DNA from: Chrysomallon squamiferum
Taxonomy: Eukaryota; Animalia; Mollusca
NCBI GenBank assembly: GCA_012295275.1
Contig: CM022670.1
Coordinates: 13,144,001 to 13,208,000 of the forward strand
Direction: 5' to 3'
DNA: 64,000 nucleotides
The notes beneath the pieces are model-generated. The model ran no database searches. It saw only the letters and a list, made by a program, of their open reading frames with translations, and was not told the DNA's origin. The position numbers were made by a program, and so were the translations under genes. This document shows positions 30,850 through 54,191 of this stretch, piece after piece. Every line of letters starts with the position of its first letter. The stretch's first letter is position 1.

Positions 30850-33800
30850 ATTACAATGGTGATGAGGATGATGATTAACAAACAATTATTATGATTTTGT
30901 TAACAATCTAATAATAGCAATATACAATATAAAAGAAAAATCACGTATAAATTTTTAAGTTTTCAAAAGAAACAGGAAATATAAATTCTTTTGAAAGTTT
31001 AAGGCAAATAAAAATGTTTTCTATCACCTCTTTAGTGAGTTCAAGTAGTTTCTGTCTCAACTCAGCTGTGTCCTCTCCACTGTTCTGTTTAGTCATGAGT
31101 TCCAGTTCTGCATCAAGTATTTCTTTCCTTGCCTGTTGACATAAACACCATTAAAACAAAACAAAAACAAGACATTTCATTATTTTCATTTCAACACTAA
31201 TGATCAAGATGAGTCTAATACTAATTATTATTTTATAAGTTTCATTATTTTTCAGTTTTCTTTTTCATACTTCTGACACTTTGTTTCTGCATCATTTAAC
31301 AAAATTATAAATCCTAACCTTTGATCAAATCTACTCAGTGGAACAATTAAACATTTTTCAAGGATTTACAAGCATGGCAATTTTAAAAATCTAATAAAAA
31401 GGTAAGTATATTAATTTAACATAATAACAGCACTTACAAAAAAAAGCATAAAAACAAGGAAAGCACAATGTAATGTTTATGAAAAGGGATCAACTTACTT
31501 GTTCAGGACTCTTCAGAGGCACAGTTTTGTTCACTGATGTCTCACCTTTCAGCTTTTCTATACTTGCAGTCAGCATCTTCAGAGTCTGAAATCAGTAACT
31601 TAGTTATGATTCTGATAACTGAGCTTTTATCTGTTATGTCATTAAACTCTACTTGAATAATACTTTCACTATATCTGTTAAAAACTATTAGAAGTACTCT
31701 TTAAAATCTGTAGATGAATATTGTTGATTTTAAGGTTGGTTACTAAGAAACCATATTACAAATGACTATAATCAGCCTAGTCCATTAGTTATTTTATTTT
31801 TATTATTATTATTATTATGCTGTAGCCATTAATATTTTTGTTATCAGTTGTATTACCATTACCAATATTGTTGTTATTACTATTATTATTATTAATATAA
31901 GGTTCAGCATTCATTCCAGAAAATGCTCAATGCAAAAAGTATCTTGGATTTTACAATTTTTAACATGAACATCATTTACATTTGATATGCAGATTAAGCT
32001 TGTAGTTATAAATAGGTAAAAATGTGTCTGATTTTGAAATCATGAGTAAAAGATGCTCAAGTCTGTACTACTACCACTACCACTACCACTACTACTACTC
32101 ACCTCCATTACAGCAGTCTTATCTTCAGCACTCATGTTTTTATTCTTATCCAGTTTCTCAATCAGTTTCTGAACAAATAAAGCATACATTTTTATGTAGT
32201 GAAAAAAACAGATGCTGCATCCCTCAAGAAACACAAACAATAACAGTAAATTATTTTATGTTTTTAACAGAATATCTGCAATGATAACGGGAATTTAGAT
32301 GATATTAAAGAGAAAAATACACATAATGGAAGGAAGATAAAATAAAGTAAAACAATGAAAGGTTAGTTAAGCTATAGAAAACTTTTTTATGGAAAAAAAA
32401 CAAACATATGGCTTACCTTCTGTTCTTCAATCTGTTTCTTCATTAACTCCTGCTTGTGCTTTTGGATTTCTAATTTTTTCTTAATTGCATCCTGAAATTA
32501 AATAGGCTTGGTAAATAAAGGATAATCATTTTTTTAAATGATATTATAAAGAATTTAAAAAAACATGCTGATGAATCATAAAATTTGAATAATTACAAAC
32601 AGGTACCTTTTTATTTTCATGATCAATAATAATAAATTATAAAAACAACATACCTTTTTGATTTCATCGCCTTTTTTAATAGCTTCAATTTTGGCAACAA
32701 AATTAGCTGTTTTGACAGCTGTGGGACTTGTTAGGGGAGATGTCTTCACTGCTGCTGGATTAAACACAGTTTTCTTCAGATTTCCTATAGATGATGTGTA
32801 CACTATACCCTGTAATAAAAATATTTATTATTACAATTTTCTTCTTACAACTTCAGTAGACTCATTAAATCACCCCATGATATGTTAGGGAAGAAAGGAA
32901 GAAAGGAAATGAGAGAATATGTTAAATAAATATGAGAAAGAAGATGCAGAAAATATTTTATTGTATAAATCAACAAAAGATATAGTTTAGCACCGCATAA
33001 AATAATAAATATTTTACCTCACCAAAAGAGCCTCCAAACGTTTAGTGTTTCACATTATATCTGACTTGATTTATGTATTGTTTAACTAAACAAATAAAAA
33101 CAAAGACAAACCTTTTCAGGAGTTTTGTTGGTATTATTTACTTTCAACTTGCTGGCAGGTGGAGGTCCAAGTCTTGCCTTTGCTGAAACATGCTCAGAAG
33201 CATTGGGTGTACTGTCACTGGTAAACTGAAACATTTACAAAATAAACACTTTCAGAAAGTGCTGAATTTCAGTAACCCCCCAAAAAATTAAAAAATTAAA
33301 AATAAAATACGTAGACAGAAATGTAACTTTATAAAAATTCTGACTCGTACAAAAAAAAAGCTAAAAAAATTCTGTAAATATCAATATATCTATCTATATA
33401 CATAAGTACAACCATACATAAGTTCATACAAACATACATACATATATATATATACATAGATATATATATATATATATACATACATACAATAAAAATAAAT
33501 TTGAAAAATTTGAAATAAAAATGCCTAAATATAAAAAAAAGAAAAATGAAAATTTGAAATAAAAATGCCTTAGAATATCAATAAAAGAAAAATGTCTATA
33601 AATATCTCTATCTATCTATATATCATTTGTGATAAACATGCCTCAGAATATCAATGAAATAACATTTCTTTTAAAAATTTGTATTATATAATTATAAATT
33701 TAAATTTTGTTATAGTTTCAAATTACCGTCACATTAACTGTCATCTTCTCCAGCTGCTGCTGGTTCAGTTTCTGCATCTGTTCGTGCTGCTGCAGGTACT

Positions 33801-36615
33801 GCTCTCGCTTCTGTTTCTGCTGTTCCTCCTTCTCCTCCTCTGTTAGCTCCTTTGTCACTTCACCCTCCTTTGGACTCTCTGCCTTGTGCCAAAACACTTT
33901 AATGAAACGGTTGTTAAAGAGCGCTTCACTGCTGCGGTATGCCATCAGTGCTTCGTGGTTTGTTGAAAAAGTTACCAAGGCACTTTCCGTGTCTCCTCCA
34001 TAGCACACCTAAGATAACAAATGTTTTAGTTGGATTTTTTTAACATCATCATGTTTTAAAAAGCACTACACAAAACATTTTCATGATGAAAGCTTCAATA
34101 TCATGATTTCAATAACACATTTATTACATTGAAATCTGCCGCAACAAACAATATATCGAGCTGATATTTTAGTATTTGTTCACCAAACTAGTAAGTACTT
34201 CAAATACTGAAATAATGGTTCAACTCAAGATTCAAATTCACAATTTTATTACAACTACATTTTACTAAAACATGTATATACCACATTCATCTATCCCTGT
34301 TTGCTAAATGACTGTTCAAGCCACCATTATTTCTATTATTTACAGTTTCTTAGTACATTCCATCTTCTTTCTCTTGATATTTGACTTACAAGTGATTCTA
34401 ATGCTAAACATTATATTTACTGTAATAAAAAATTTAAAAGTATATTTCTTTTCTCCTAAAAGACTAAAAGTACTGACCTGCAAGTTGGTGATCATTCCAA
34501 ACTGTGTGAAATGTTCATTCAGTTTGGCAATGTTGTTGTACTCAGGAGGTATTTTTCTAATCTCCAGTGTGCAGTTTTCAGACTGCTGCTGGTTCTTTGG
34601 TCGTCTATATCCTGAATTCAATTATTACAATTAAAAATTTATATAATTTCACACTGAATACATACAATTTCACCAATGCCCAGTCAAGTCTGTTTTGTTT
34701 AAAATTATATTTGTTTAGATATAATACTTACATTATTCCTTATTCTGCATGCACAAAAGTTAGCAAGGTATTAACGTTCCAATAAAAGATTAAAATGTAA
34801 AGATTCTCTCAACTGTGAATGCACACTTTGGCTAGAACATATTCTTGCAAGTATATTCTATACTGGTAAGTGACTAAACTGACATAAGTTATGTAAATGT
34901 ACTGCCTACATACCTCCAAGTCGACTATAATCAAACTGACGTTTTGACGGGGAATGGTAGCCTCTGGTTCCCCGCCCTGCTCCCCGACCCACACTGTTGT
35001 CCATTATCTGTCTTTGGTTGGAACCAGAGTTGTTGTCAATGGCACTGAATGGACGTTTGCTGGCTACTACAACACGAGACTGTAGCTTGGGTTGACTAGA
35101 CTCTGTTTTTGGTACTTCCATTGTCTTCTTCGGCTCTGAAACTACTATTAATTTCCAAATCAGTGAACACTTTGTCATTCTACATGTTTGCAGTTTTTTT
35201 TCACATTTTTCCCTGAACAATAATGATACAATTTTCATCTACCTTTTTGAAAATAAAACCAAACTCTCACATTACCATACAGCGAAGGGGTTTAAAAAGC
35301 CTTCATCTATAATAAATAAATTCTGCCTCACAGTAAGCTGCATACATAAAAGGTGATTTCAGGAAACACCTTCTCAGCAGGTAAAAATAACTAACAGTAA
35401 TAACAATAATATTTGTACCTTCTTTTTCTGGTGGAATGTCTTCCACTGTCTGCACCTGAATGAGATCTTTGTGTCGAGGGTGGTTGTGGTAAGTGGACTG
35501 TCCCCGAGAACCTCTTGGAACATCCCAGTATTCAGATGACTCTGTCAGCTCAGGGGCCTCAGGATTGTAGCCTTCAGGCTGGTAAGGATCTGAACATGGA
35601 AAAACTTCACAAGCTGTGATAATAGTTTTTAACACAAGAAAGATTTTTTAATCTTACAGTCTAGTGTAACATTTTTCTAAAGTATAATATATTTCAAACA
35701 TAGTCTAAAAAAGAAAATTATTTCTAAAGCATTTTTGTTTCTTATATCATGCCTGTAAAACAAAAGAAATACTTCTAACACTAACATTTATAATGATGAT
35801 GTGAAAGAAGAAAGATTTTACTTCTTACTGAACCGAGCAAGGTACTGTGCTAAAATACTGGTTAATCACTGTTCTGACAAATTATAACTTACCTGGTCTG
35901 GGAAAGGGTTGCTGTGGATCCACGGGTCTGATATGTGCTGGTCGCTGTAACATGATATCTGGATGTGGAGGGAATCCTGGGGGTGGAACATGGGGAGGTC
36001 CAATATGTGGTGGCATTCCTCTGGGGTGATGTCCCCTAGGTGGAGGTCCTGAGGGTGGAGGTCCTAATGGAATTGGGGGTTGAGGAGGACCTGTAATGTG
36101 AACTGTTACATGAACAGTACTAATTTTAGTGTTGTTTTATTTTTTTAAATTGGTTTGGAAGATACATTACTTAGGTATTGAAGTTGAATTATTTTATTTA
36201 AGAATACGCTGCAACATTACAATGTAAAAGAGATCAGATTCTGTTACCAATTTGGAAGAAAATAAAATAAGTAAACATTTCAAGTTTTATATTTTAATTA
36301 CATAAAAAAGTATTATTAACTCAACAGAGGAATCGCAACATTTGATAAAATAATATCAATCTATCTTACTAAATGTCTTACAAATGCTAATGAAGTGTTC
36401 TTGATAATGCATTTACCTCATAAGTATTTAAGATAGTACTACTTAAATGTTCATACCTGGTGGTGGGAATGGTATCACTGATGGCAGAGCAACATCTTCA
36501 ACCACAACGGGGTCAGCTCCATGGTCAAAAGGACACATGTCACCAAGCACACAAAATCCTTTCTCTGTGAAAAAGAAAAAAATGTAGGCCTATATGTATA
36601 TATGTATGTACATAT

Positions 36616-36656
<41 letters not shown>

Positions 36657-39462
36657 CATGCGACACACAAACGATTAATATTAGTAATAGTAAAAACAAA
36701 GAATTTTTTAGCAAGTACTCTGTTTTTCTCATAGGCAATTTCAGCAGTATATTAAAACATTAAGTGTGTAAGCGATACAAACAATAATGAAATAAAAATA
36801 TCAATATGCTAAAAGCTGAGTGTAATATTAACAATACCTTCATAGTCCTGACATCGAGGTCGTGTACCAGGTGGACCAGGCACAACATTTTTTGGGATGG
36901 CATCATTTCGTTTGTTGTTCTCATTGGTCAGCGACGACAAGGAAGCTGCACTCTGGACATTGGGCAGTCCACCTGATACAGGAATAGCACCAGTGTATAA
37001 GCCGTTGTCCTGGGTAGGAGTTGAGCCTCGGCTGTCAGTCTTGCGACCTAACCCATTATAAAGAAACAGCCATTAGTGTACCTTTTACAATCAGTACGAT
37101 TACAGCCAGTAATGAACAACAGCTGTGAAATACAGTGATACAACTCACACGCCGTTAGTGTATTATTGATATTAAGAAACAGATTTAAACAAACACTCCT
37201 GTATTGTACAAAAAGCAAAAATCATCATCATTCTAACCTGCAGAATTTGACCTGGAACGTGACTTGTGTTTACCCCATGATTTCGATCTTGACCTGGGAC
37301 TTCGTGATCGGTCTCTTCGTCTTGATCGGTCAGGTGATTTTCTAGACCTGCTTCGAGGGCTTGATGATCTGTCACTTCTCCTCCTGCCATATCGCCTATC
37401 AGGGGAATGTCTAGATCTATCACCATGATGACGCCTTCGGTCATCTCTATGAAATGAACCAAAATTTAAATTCACTGCATATTTATTAATGGCCTGGTGG
37501 TAGTACAGGAAATAAAATAGATTTCAAGTTCGTAAAGTGTAGATACACATCTCTACATGGTTTTATTCCAAACAAAACAAAGCATACTCAACAAGAATTT
37601 GTTACTGGGTGTTTTAACACATTATCAACTATTTGTATAATTTAAAAGCTTAAATATCACATATTCAAGCTACTGTGATTACTGCAGCAGCAAAGAATCT
37701 TTTATGAGCCTACACAGGATACACAATGAATCACTCCTTTTACAGAAATGACAAAAATAATGTAAAGAAGATAATACATATCCTGTGACTTTAATAAATA
37801 AACAAAAAACAAAAAACAACAACAAAAAATGCTGATGCTACTGCTGCAGTGAAAGTTAACAGACAAGTTTAGAACAGATGTTACTTTAACATATGGAACC
37901 CATGTTATCTCACATAATTTACTGCACTGCAGTTACATGATCAGACACATGAATGGATTATAATCTATGCTAAACCTGTCAAACAAAGGTTAACTTACAC
38001 ATCTCTGTTTCTTGATCTTGGACTGGAAGATCGTCTTTTTCTATCTCGGCCCTCTTGATTGTCACGGTTATTCACTGGCTTATCATCCGATGTCTAAAAA
38101 TTTAATACACTTTCAAATAAAATTCAGAATTTTTATTATTTTAAATAAAGTGAAATAAACTGGTTAATCTTCAGTAATTTTGGTGAACAAAATTGCTAAT
38201 AAAAAAATGAGCTAAAGAAAATGGTGTAACAGGTCTGATGGTTTTAGACCTTTCTGTTATCAAAGAATTTCACCTTATTTTCCTCTTTCTTTTTTTCTGG
38301 CTCAATCTGCTTTGTTGTGGGCTGCAATGGAACAGCCTTGGCCTGATCTGCAGCTTTAATATCAGAAGAAGTTACTTTGACATAGCTCTTTGTAATCAGA
38401 GTTTCAAACAGCAGTTCCACAAAATTCTTTGTTTCTATAAAAGCAAAACAAAATTTTAATTCAAAATAATATGGGCATTGTTTGATTCTGCTTGAAACGA
38501 CAACTTTTACTGCTGAACTACAATGAACTGAGTAACTGAAAAAATAAACAGTGAATGATTTAAAATTCACTTTTATCTTCTGAAAACAATAATATAATTA
38601 CTATTATGTACAATGCATATTACTGATTTGATGTAAATCTACATTTAGCAAAAAAGATAGTTCTGTCAATTAATTTAATATTAATTTTTGTTTCTTTCTT
38701 CTGTTTGTTTTGTTTTTGAATAGAATAAAATATGTATTAACTACTTGTCTGCAAGAAGACATCCAGCTGGTCCATGCATATATCTCGGAGTTCCTTTTCA
38801 GGTTTATCCTTCTTGACAAGAGCCAAAACATATCGAGATAAAGTTGTTGGATCAGCATCACATCTAACAACAAAAAATAAACAAGTTTAAAGCAGTGTTA
38901 TGTGGTTATTATTTATACATCTTAAGTCCGTATTAGGAAGGTAATAATTTAAAAATATAAAACATTTACTTAATTTAATTACTTTTTTTTCAAAAGTTTA
39001 CATATAATAATCAATACGTATACTATTTTTTTTTTTTTGTGAGGGGGCTACCTTTCATCACTCGTTAGTATTCGATTTAAAGATAACTACTTGTTAATAT
39101 TTGATGAAGAAAAAACATCTAGATGTACACTTGTAAATAAATAAAAATTACTAGATGACATCGATAACGAACTAATTTTATATCATCCATTTTCACATAT
39201 TTATCCTATAGTCCGCCGTTTTCGGTTTCCGATTTAATTTTTAGTAAGAATTTAACCAGCATCATTATTATAATTTTTAATAAATAACATACTAAATTGT
39301 GTCTACACGCTACAGAAAACAATGAAATGAAAGAAAAGAGTAAAAAGTACAAAGTTATTATTATAATTATACACATAATACGGCTATCACGAAATTAACA
39401 TACATTGGCAAAAGCGTTTTTGCTAGCCATTCTTTGAAGTCATCGATGTTTTCAATCAACAT
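27570..39462 (-). CDS. RBM26: RNA-binding protein 26/27 ortholog (PWI, CCCH zinc finger, RRMs); first exon 39462-39404, second exon starts 38863, last exon 27662-27570
   Basis: MLIENIDDFKEWLAKTLLPI/CDADPTTLSRYVLALVKKDKPEKELRDICMDQLDVFLQ (PWI), an RS-rich exon at ~37240-37446, RPRCQDYE/EKGFCVLGDMCPFDHG (CCCH), CTLEIRKIPPEYNNIAKLNEHFTQFG...FNNRFIKVFWH (RRM), LDKRPKTLEV, and the C-terminus EESRSWRK*. Confidence 0.95.
27700..28520. repeat. 53-bp tandem minisatellite (about 14 copies) in the RBM26 last intron
   Basis: Unit TATAAATATCTACATCATCA(C/G)TGAAATTACAATCATTCACACCATTTATCAAA, degenerating at both ends. Confidence 0.93.
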
Positions 39463-40079
39463 TATTCTTGTTACTAAAACAAATATACACAAACTTTTGT
39501 TATGTGTAAAGGTAATCAAATGTTAAACAAATGGTTTCATTTATAAAGAGTTCGAGCTTCAATATGCTTCTTTTAACCAACGTTTGGTCGGAAGATTCTC
39601 AAAATGGCCGACACAAGTTCACGTTTTATCACGTGATTTGTATTTTAACTTTGGAGTTTAGCTCGAAAATGCACCTGAAAATTAAATTTAATAAAATACT
39701 CATTTGTGCTACTATTTTTATTTTTATTATGAAATCTACTTTAACAATAAAATAATCGATGCTATTTCAATGCATAATTCGTTCATATTTAGTCTCGCGA
39801 GAGGTTACATATATACAAAATCAAAACAAAAACACGTGCTTTCTGTACATTATTGAGCATTTTGTTTCTGCTTTTTAAAAATTATTGTTATTATTTATTA
39901 GGCTGACACTTTCGTAGCCTGTTTTAAAATGTTACGACACACCGAATATAATAATACTATCATTATGTTTATTACAGCATACAGATTTCGAGAGATGAGC
40001 ATTGTTTCATTAAATAAAATACTTTGAATAGCATATTCAATCTGAGATTGTAATAATTATAATACTCATATTAATAATT
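39463..40079. promoter_or_regulatory. Probable bidirectional promoter RBM26/SPATA5
   Basis: Divergent ATGs about 620 bp apart. CAAAATGGC (YY1-like, ~39600), TCACGTGA E-box (39629-39636), TCTCGCGAGA palindrome (39793-39802) and CACGTG (~39833). Confidence 0.72.
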
Positions 40080-48863
<8,784 letters not shown>

Positions 48864-49395
48864 TACAAAATGTTCAAGAATAAAAACATAATAATAAAAA
48901 ACGCTACCTGCTTAAGTTAAATTTATTAAGTAATCTGGATAAAATTAAATTTTAATTGACTAATACCACACTTACTAATAAGGAGTAACTTCTTTAGTTT
49001 AAAAAAAAATTATGTGCACTTTTTCAGTAAATATCACAGTTTTGGAGTTTTTTCCAAGTAAAGATTAGTAGATTCTTGACAAATATGTTGGTACATGTTG
49101 CTTTACATTATTTAACACAATTAGTTAACCAGTTTATAAATATTAAAATAGATAAATGTAAATAATTAGTATTCTCATTTTCACATTTCAAATGATGTAG
49201 ATTATATATATATAACAGTGTTAGTAGAATGAATAACGTAAGAGAAATGATTATTATTTTAAATTTAAGAATGAAACAAAGGTGACCATCTGAATTTTTA
49301 AATGCAAAACATCACAATATCTTCACATCTAAATAAATTATTTTTAAAAACATTCAAATACCTTTTCATATCATATAAATTCTAAATGCATTTTT

Positions 49396-50661
49396 TTATT
49401 GAAATAATTCCATTATTTCACCAAAACATAAACGTGCTGAAACAATTTCAGGCAAGTACAAACATTTCACATTTTCGTCTTTTGGAATTCGAAGGAAATT
49501 TCTAATGTTTATTCTACAAATGTCCAACAACGACAGTGGCCTACTTAAGGAATGTTCTAGAACACTTATTATCTTTTCCTCGTCTATTGGCATAGAGGGA
49601 CCCCACGAACGCAACATATGTTTAAGTTTAGTCACTTCTTTTTCGGATACTTTGGTGCCAGAAGCAAGCAGCAGATGTAGAATAGTTATAAACTTTCTCT
49701 TTTTCTTTCTGTTACATTCATATGAATGGTAATATGCTGTGGGGTAGGGGAAGCTAGTCCTGTCTTCACCTAAAATGGCTCCATATGATAACAAAAGCCT
49801 CACTCTTGATAAACATATTTGTTCAGCAGCTGTGAATAGTGCAGTATTGCCTGCCAGACCTTTGGCGTTGACATCCACACCCCATTTAAGAAGTTGATGA
49901 ATTATCTCTGTACTTGAGCTTTCATTGTAGCAAGCTAGATGAAGAGCAGAAAGACCAGAATTATCCAGACAGGACAGTTTTGCCCCCGACTCTTTTAATA
50001 TCAGCATCTTTTCTAAATCACCAAGGTTTGCTGCTCGCCCAATGTATCCTTGTGTGGACAAATCTGCACCAGCATCAAGAAGAACTTTTAAAGGATTTGC
50101 CAGCTGACTTCCATTAATCCTCCCAGAAACAACAAGTGAATGAACAGGAAGACCTTGAGAAGCATTCACATCACTGTCTGCCTCCACAAGCATCTTTATC
50201 AGTCCTAGGTCACCTGTATAGCAGGCACGAACCAGAGCTGTTTCATGATCAATATCCATCAAGTGTACATTGGCTTTCTTTGACAGAAGCATCTTCACTA
50301 TATCAGTATTTCCACTAGTACAGGCTAGATGAAGGGAGGTCACTCCAACAAAGTCTTGAGCATTGACATCTGCTCCTGCATCCAGAAGCATCTGGACAAT
50401 ATTCTGGTTTCCATTTTCATGTGTGCAAGCCATGTGAAGTGGGTAAGTTAAGGTGTGGCTGGATGGCGAGTTTGGATCTGCTCCATGGTCAAGAAGAGAT
50501 TTTACCATATCTTCTTTTAATTTGGCACAAGCAAGAGAAAGTGGGTGACCAGTCAGATGTAAAGCTTTTGCATTCTGAACCAAAATACTGAATGTTTCAA
50601 AATCATCATCATATATAGCTTTCATAAGTGCTTCTATGTCAAAATCTTCTGGTGAAGACAT
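49396..50661 (-). CDS. Ankyrin repeat and SOCS box protein (ASB-like), 421 aa, single coding exon
   Basis: Multiple ankyrin motifs (YPLHMAC, TSLHLAC, TALVRAC, SALHLAC, GADVNA) and a C-terminal SOCS box PLSLLDICRINIRNFL...LYLP. A splice acceptor at 50679-50680 implies a non-coding upstream exon. Confidence 0.9.
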   Translation of the reverse strand: MSSPEDFDIEALMKAIYDDDFETFSILVQNAKALHLTGHPLSLACAKLKEDMVKSLLDHGADPNSPSSHTLTYPLHMACTHENGNQNIVQMLLDAGADVNAQDFVGVTSLHLACTSGNTDIVKMLLSKKANVHLMDIDHETALVRACYTGDLGLIKMLVEADSDVNASQGLPVHSLVVSGRINGSQLANPLKVLLDAGADLSTQGYIGRAANLGDLEKMLILKESGAKLSCLDNSGLSALHLACYNESSSTEIIHQLLKWGVDVNAKGLAGNTALFTAAEQICLSRVRLLLSYGAILGEDRTSFPYPTAYYHSYECNRKKKRKFITILHLLLASGTKVSEKEVTKLKHMLRSWGPSMPIDEEKIISVLEHSLSRPLSLLDICRINIRNFLRIPKDENVKCLYLPEIVSARLCFGEIMELFQ

Positions 50662-51510
50662 TTTGATTTTAATTAGACCTGAAATAAATCAAATTCACAT
50701 TTGGGTCATTGCAAAATAACATTACTGTTTTATTTATTTATTTTATGGCCTTGGCATTGTCTAAATAATAATAGAATATTGATTGGATGAAATTGTACAG
50801 TTTGCTCTCAAGCTTAGAAGATAAAGTTTAATATTTTGTTTATAATTATTTTTACTTGCTTTTAGTACTAGTAGTAGTAGTAGTATTTAAAAAAATAATA
50901 TGCCATTGATTAGACCCAGTAACTTGATGGCAGCATTATGATAGTATAATTATAACAGTATTTTTTGTGGTGGTTTTTAAAAGACCATCATGCTAAACTA
51001 ACAAAATGAGCTACATTAATAATTATTACAAAATATTATCAAAATAGAAATACATTTTTAAAAATGCACATTAATCAAATACTATTTTAAATGCAGATTT
51101 GAGCAGTAATCAACATATATATGTAACTCACTGAATACGAGATGTACATGTTCAGGAAGTAAAGCTACGAACAACAATATTATCGACTTTCTAATAACGT
51201 TATTGCAATTATGCTCTTATTCGACCGATTTACTCAGTTCTAAATGTATTTGATTAGCAAGGAAATTGAAGTATCGTATTATACTTAATCAGTAGCCGAA
51301 CATTGCTAAATCGAATGTTTATCCACAATGAACACTTGCTAATTTTGTTGTCATTGCAGGGTTTTTTTTTTTTTTGGGGGGTTGTTTGTTTAAGATCATG
51401 TATATTCTATTTCAGCACTGAATATATATACAAGCTGTCGTCTATACTAGTCTCATTATAAAGACAAATTCCGTAAAAAGAATTTAAAAAAAAATATAAA
51501 AAAAAAAAAA

Positions 51511-51549
<39 letters not shown>

Positions 51550-52936
51550 TAAAGATCAGTTAGTATAAGATCGTCTAGTTTATTAAATAAACAGGCCATG
51601 GACTCCATACTTTTAAAAAGTATACTCGACACGCTTGTTTATTTTAATAAAAACAAACGTGTTTTTTTTCAGTGTCGTATCTCATTTGAAAGATATTTGT
51701 AACTGAATATGCAATTAAAGATATATTTGTAAGTTTATCTTTATTAACCTTATCGTGAATAATTTTACATTACACAATGCATCCTCTTCAAAGTTTTGGG
51801 AATCGCAGCACAATAATCATATTCACGCCTTTTTACATTATTTACATGAATAGATCGCTCGAATGAAAATAAAGGGAAATAATTTTATTGTTTTTGTAGT
51901 GATGTCATTAATCTTGGTTTTTAATCGCTCTTCTTTCTTTTTTCCCCCGCAGTTATTGTCCGTTTATTAAATCAAATTAATATATGTTTTAACAGTGTAG
52001 TTTTAAATATCACTGATTATATATGCAATACTCACAAAGATTAAGTAAAATATTCCATTGAATTTAGGAATAACAATTGGTTTACTAGACGTCGAATAAA
52101 ATCATGTTCCACAGAAGATATCTATTATGTATTATTATTAATATCAGCGAAATTAGCATATATAAAACATTTTTTTTTTTTTTTTTTTTTTTTTTTGCAT
52201 TTCAGTTTTCAAGATAAAACTGTGTATAATTCAAGAAAGTCAATGGAAAGGTAAAGAAGACGTAATCTAATTTTATAACTTTTAACATCTAATACGATCT
52301 TAATAACTATTAACACAAATTGTTCTATTACAGCATTTGTCAAAAAATTCGTAACGGCAAGAACTTTTCCATAAATTCGTTAAGCAGTTCATGGCTTGGT
52401 TCAGCTGATAAGTTTCGCAAAGCAAACGGAAGTATTTTAAGTAATCATAACGTTAATTTGCGTGGCAGCTGAACCGTATGAATATACACAGTTGCTGTTC
52501 ACCAAAAAGTTATTTTTAAGACAAACGCTCTTAAAGTATTAAGCAAACTACATTAACGTTAACACAGTTATGAAAGATATTATAAAACAACTCGAAAACA
52601 TTCTTAATACTAGTGGTTACTGAAATGTGTTTTAGACTATGTTTTCACCGAAAGGGTCGAATCCACTAATTTGAAGTGGCAGAATTGTACTAGACTTTTT
52701 AAGAGCTATAATAATATTATGATCGAATGATATGAATTAGGCTAATCTGACACTGACGTTTTACTGTATTTTTATTTTGTTTTATACTAATTTAAAAAAA
52801 AAAAAAAAAGTAATAATAGGTTTACTTACAAAAGTATTGGTTGTTGGGTATACTGTTAATTGTTATTATTTTTATTTATTTATTTATTTTTAGTTTTTTA
52901 TACATTGTTATCGATATTTATTAAATTATTTTGGCC

Positions 52937-52971
<35 letters not shown>

Positions 52972-53143
52972 TTGAGCTTTTGTATCATTTATTAACACAT
53001 TTCTTCAACTTACATTAATCGTTCGTTCACTCCTGAACTACCGTTTATGGCTGATGTACAATTTCTCACTGGTCGGTGTCTCTAAGCAAGTTTAGAGAAC
53101 TTTCAAAATTTTCTTTCAAGGATCATCTTTGCTACAAAGGAAG

Positions 53144-53212
<69 letters not shown>

Positions 53213-54118
53213 TGCAAATGGAGCAATAGTTATGTTGTAGAAATAATTTCACCTACATTTCATCTGGATGTCAGTTCAGGTTGATCAGTATTAAAATTTA
53301 ATATTTCAGTATGTGTTTCATTATAATTATCACAAGATGTCATGTTAAAGATAAATATTAAACTCTGAGGTGAAAAGATGTTTCTAGAAAATCGATACAA
53401 ATTCAAAAAAAACGAAATAAGCGGTTTTAGTATTGTTAGATTGGCAAAAGAATTTGGTGAAAAAACAACAAAAAAACAACAAAAAACAAACAGTTATCAA
53501 TTCTCTGTTTCATGAGCTCTAGTTTCAAGTGCATTACGCGTGGTTCTTACAAGCCCATTTCGGGATGACATAAATATGGATCGTGTGGACAAGAGAGGAT
53601 ATAGATGACAGTTCTATGCATCTGATTTTTGCCAAAATATGTCAAAAAAGAAGGCGAAAGTATCATGTGAATTTTTCACAAATCGGTAGAAAACTGTTGA
53701 ATAAATAATACGAGCTGTGAGGAAAAGTTTTTTTTTTTTTTTTTTTAATTATTATTATTTTTTGTATTATTTGGCTGAATATATCACCAACTGGGTGTAA
53801 CTTTGGCCATTATAGACATTTTATAAGAAATCAAAAATAATTTATTTTCACTGAATTAACCTTAAGATGAATGCTTAATGTGAACGTAGTTTGCCAAAAC
53901 ATCAAAATTTTTGTAAGAAAATATAAAATTGTCCGAAGTTTCTCTGTTTTAACAGATTATTTAATAGCTCTCTTGGATAATTTAAGTGAATGCAAAAACG
54001 AAGATTATGTAATAATGAACATGATTTAGTTTAAAAAAGATAAAAAGAAAAGAAAAAAGAAATCAAATAAATAAATAATGCTAATAATAAATTTTTTGTT
54101 TTTAAATAAAAATATGCA

Positions 54119-54191
54119 AGCCCAACGTGGGGCTCGAACCCACGACCCCGAGATTAAGAGTCTCGTGCTCTACCGACTGAGCTAGCCAGGC
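54119..54191 (-). tRNA. tRNA-Lys(CTT), variant (T4, T73)
   Basis: GCCTGGCTAGCTCAGTCGGTAGAGCACGAGACTCTTAATCTCGGGGTCGTGGGTTCGAGCCCCACGTTGGGCT, followed by a T5 terminator. Confidence 0.9.
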
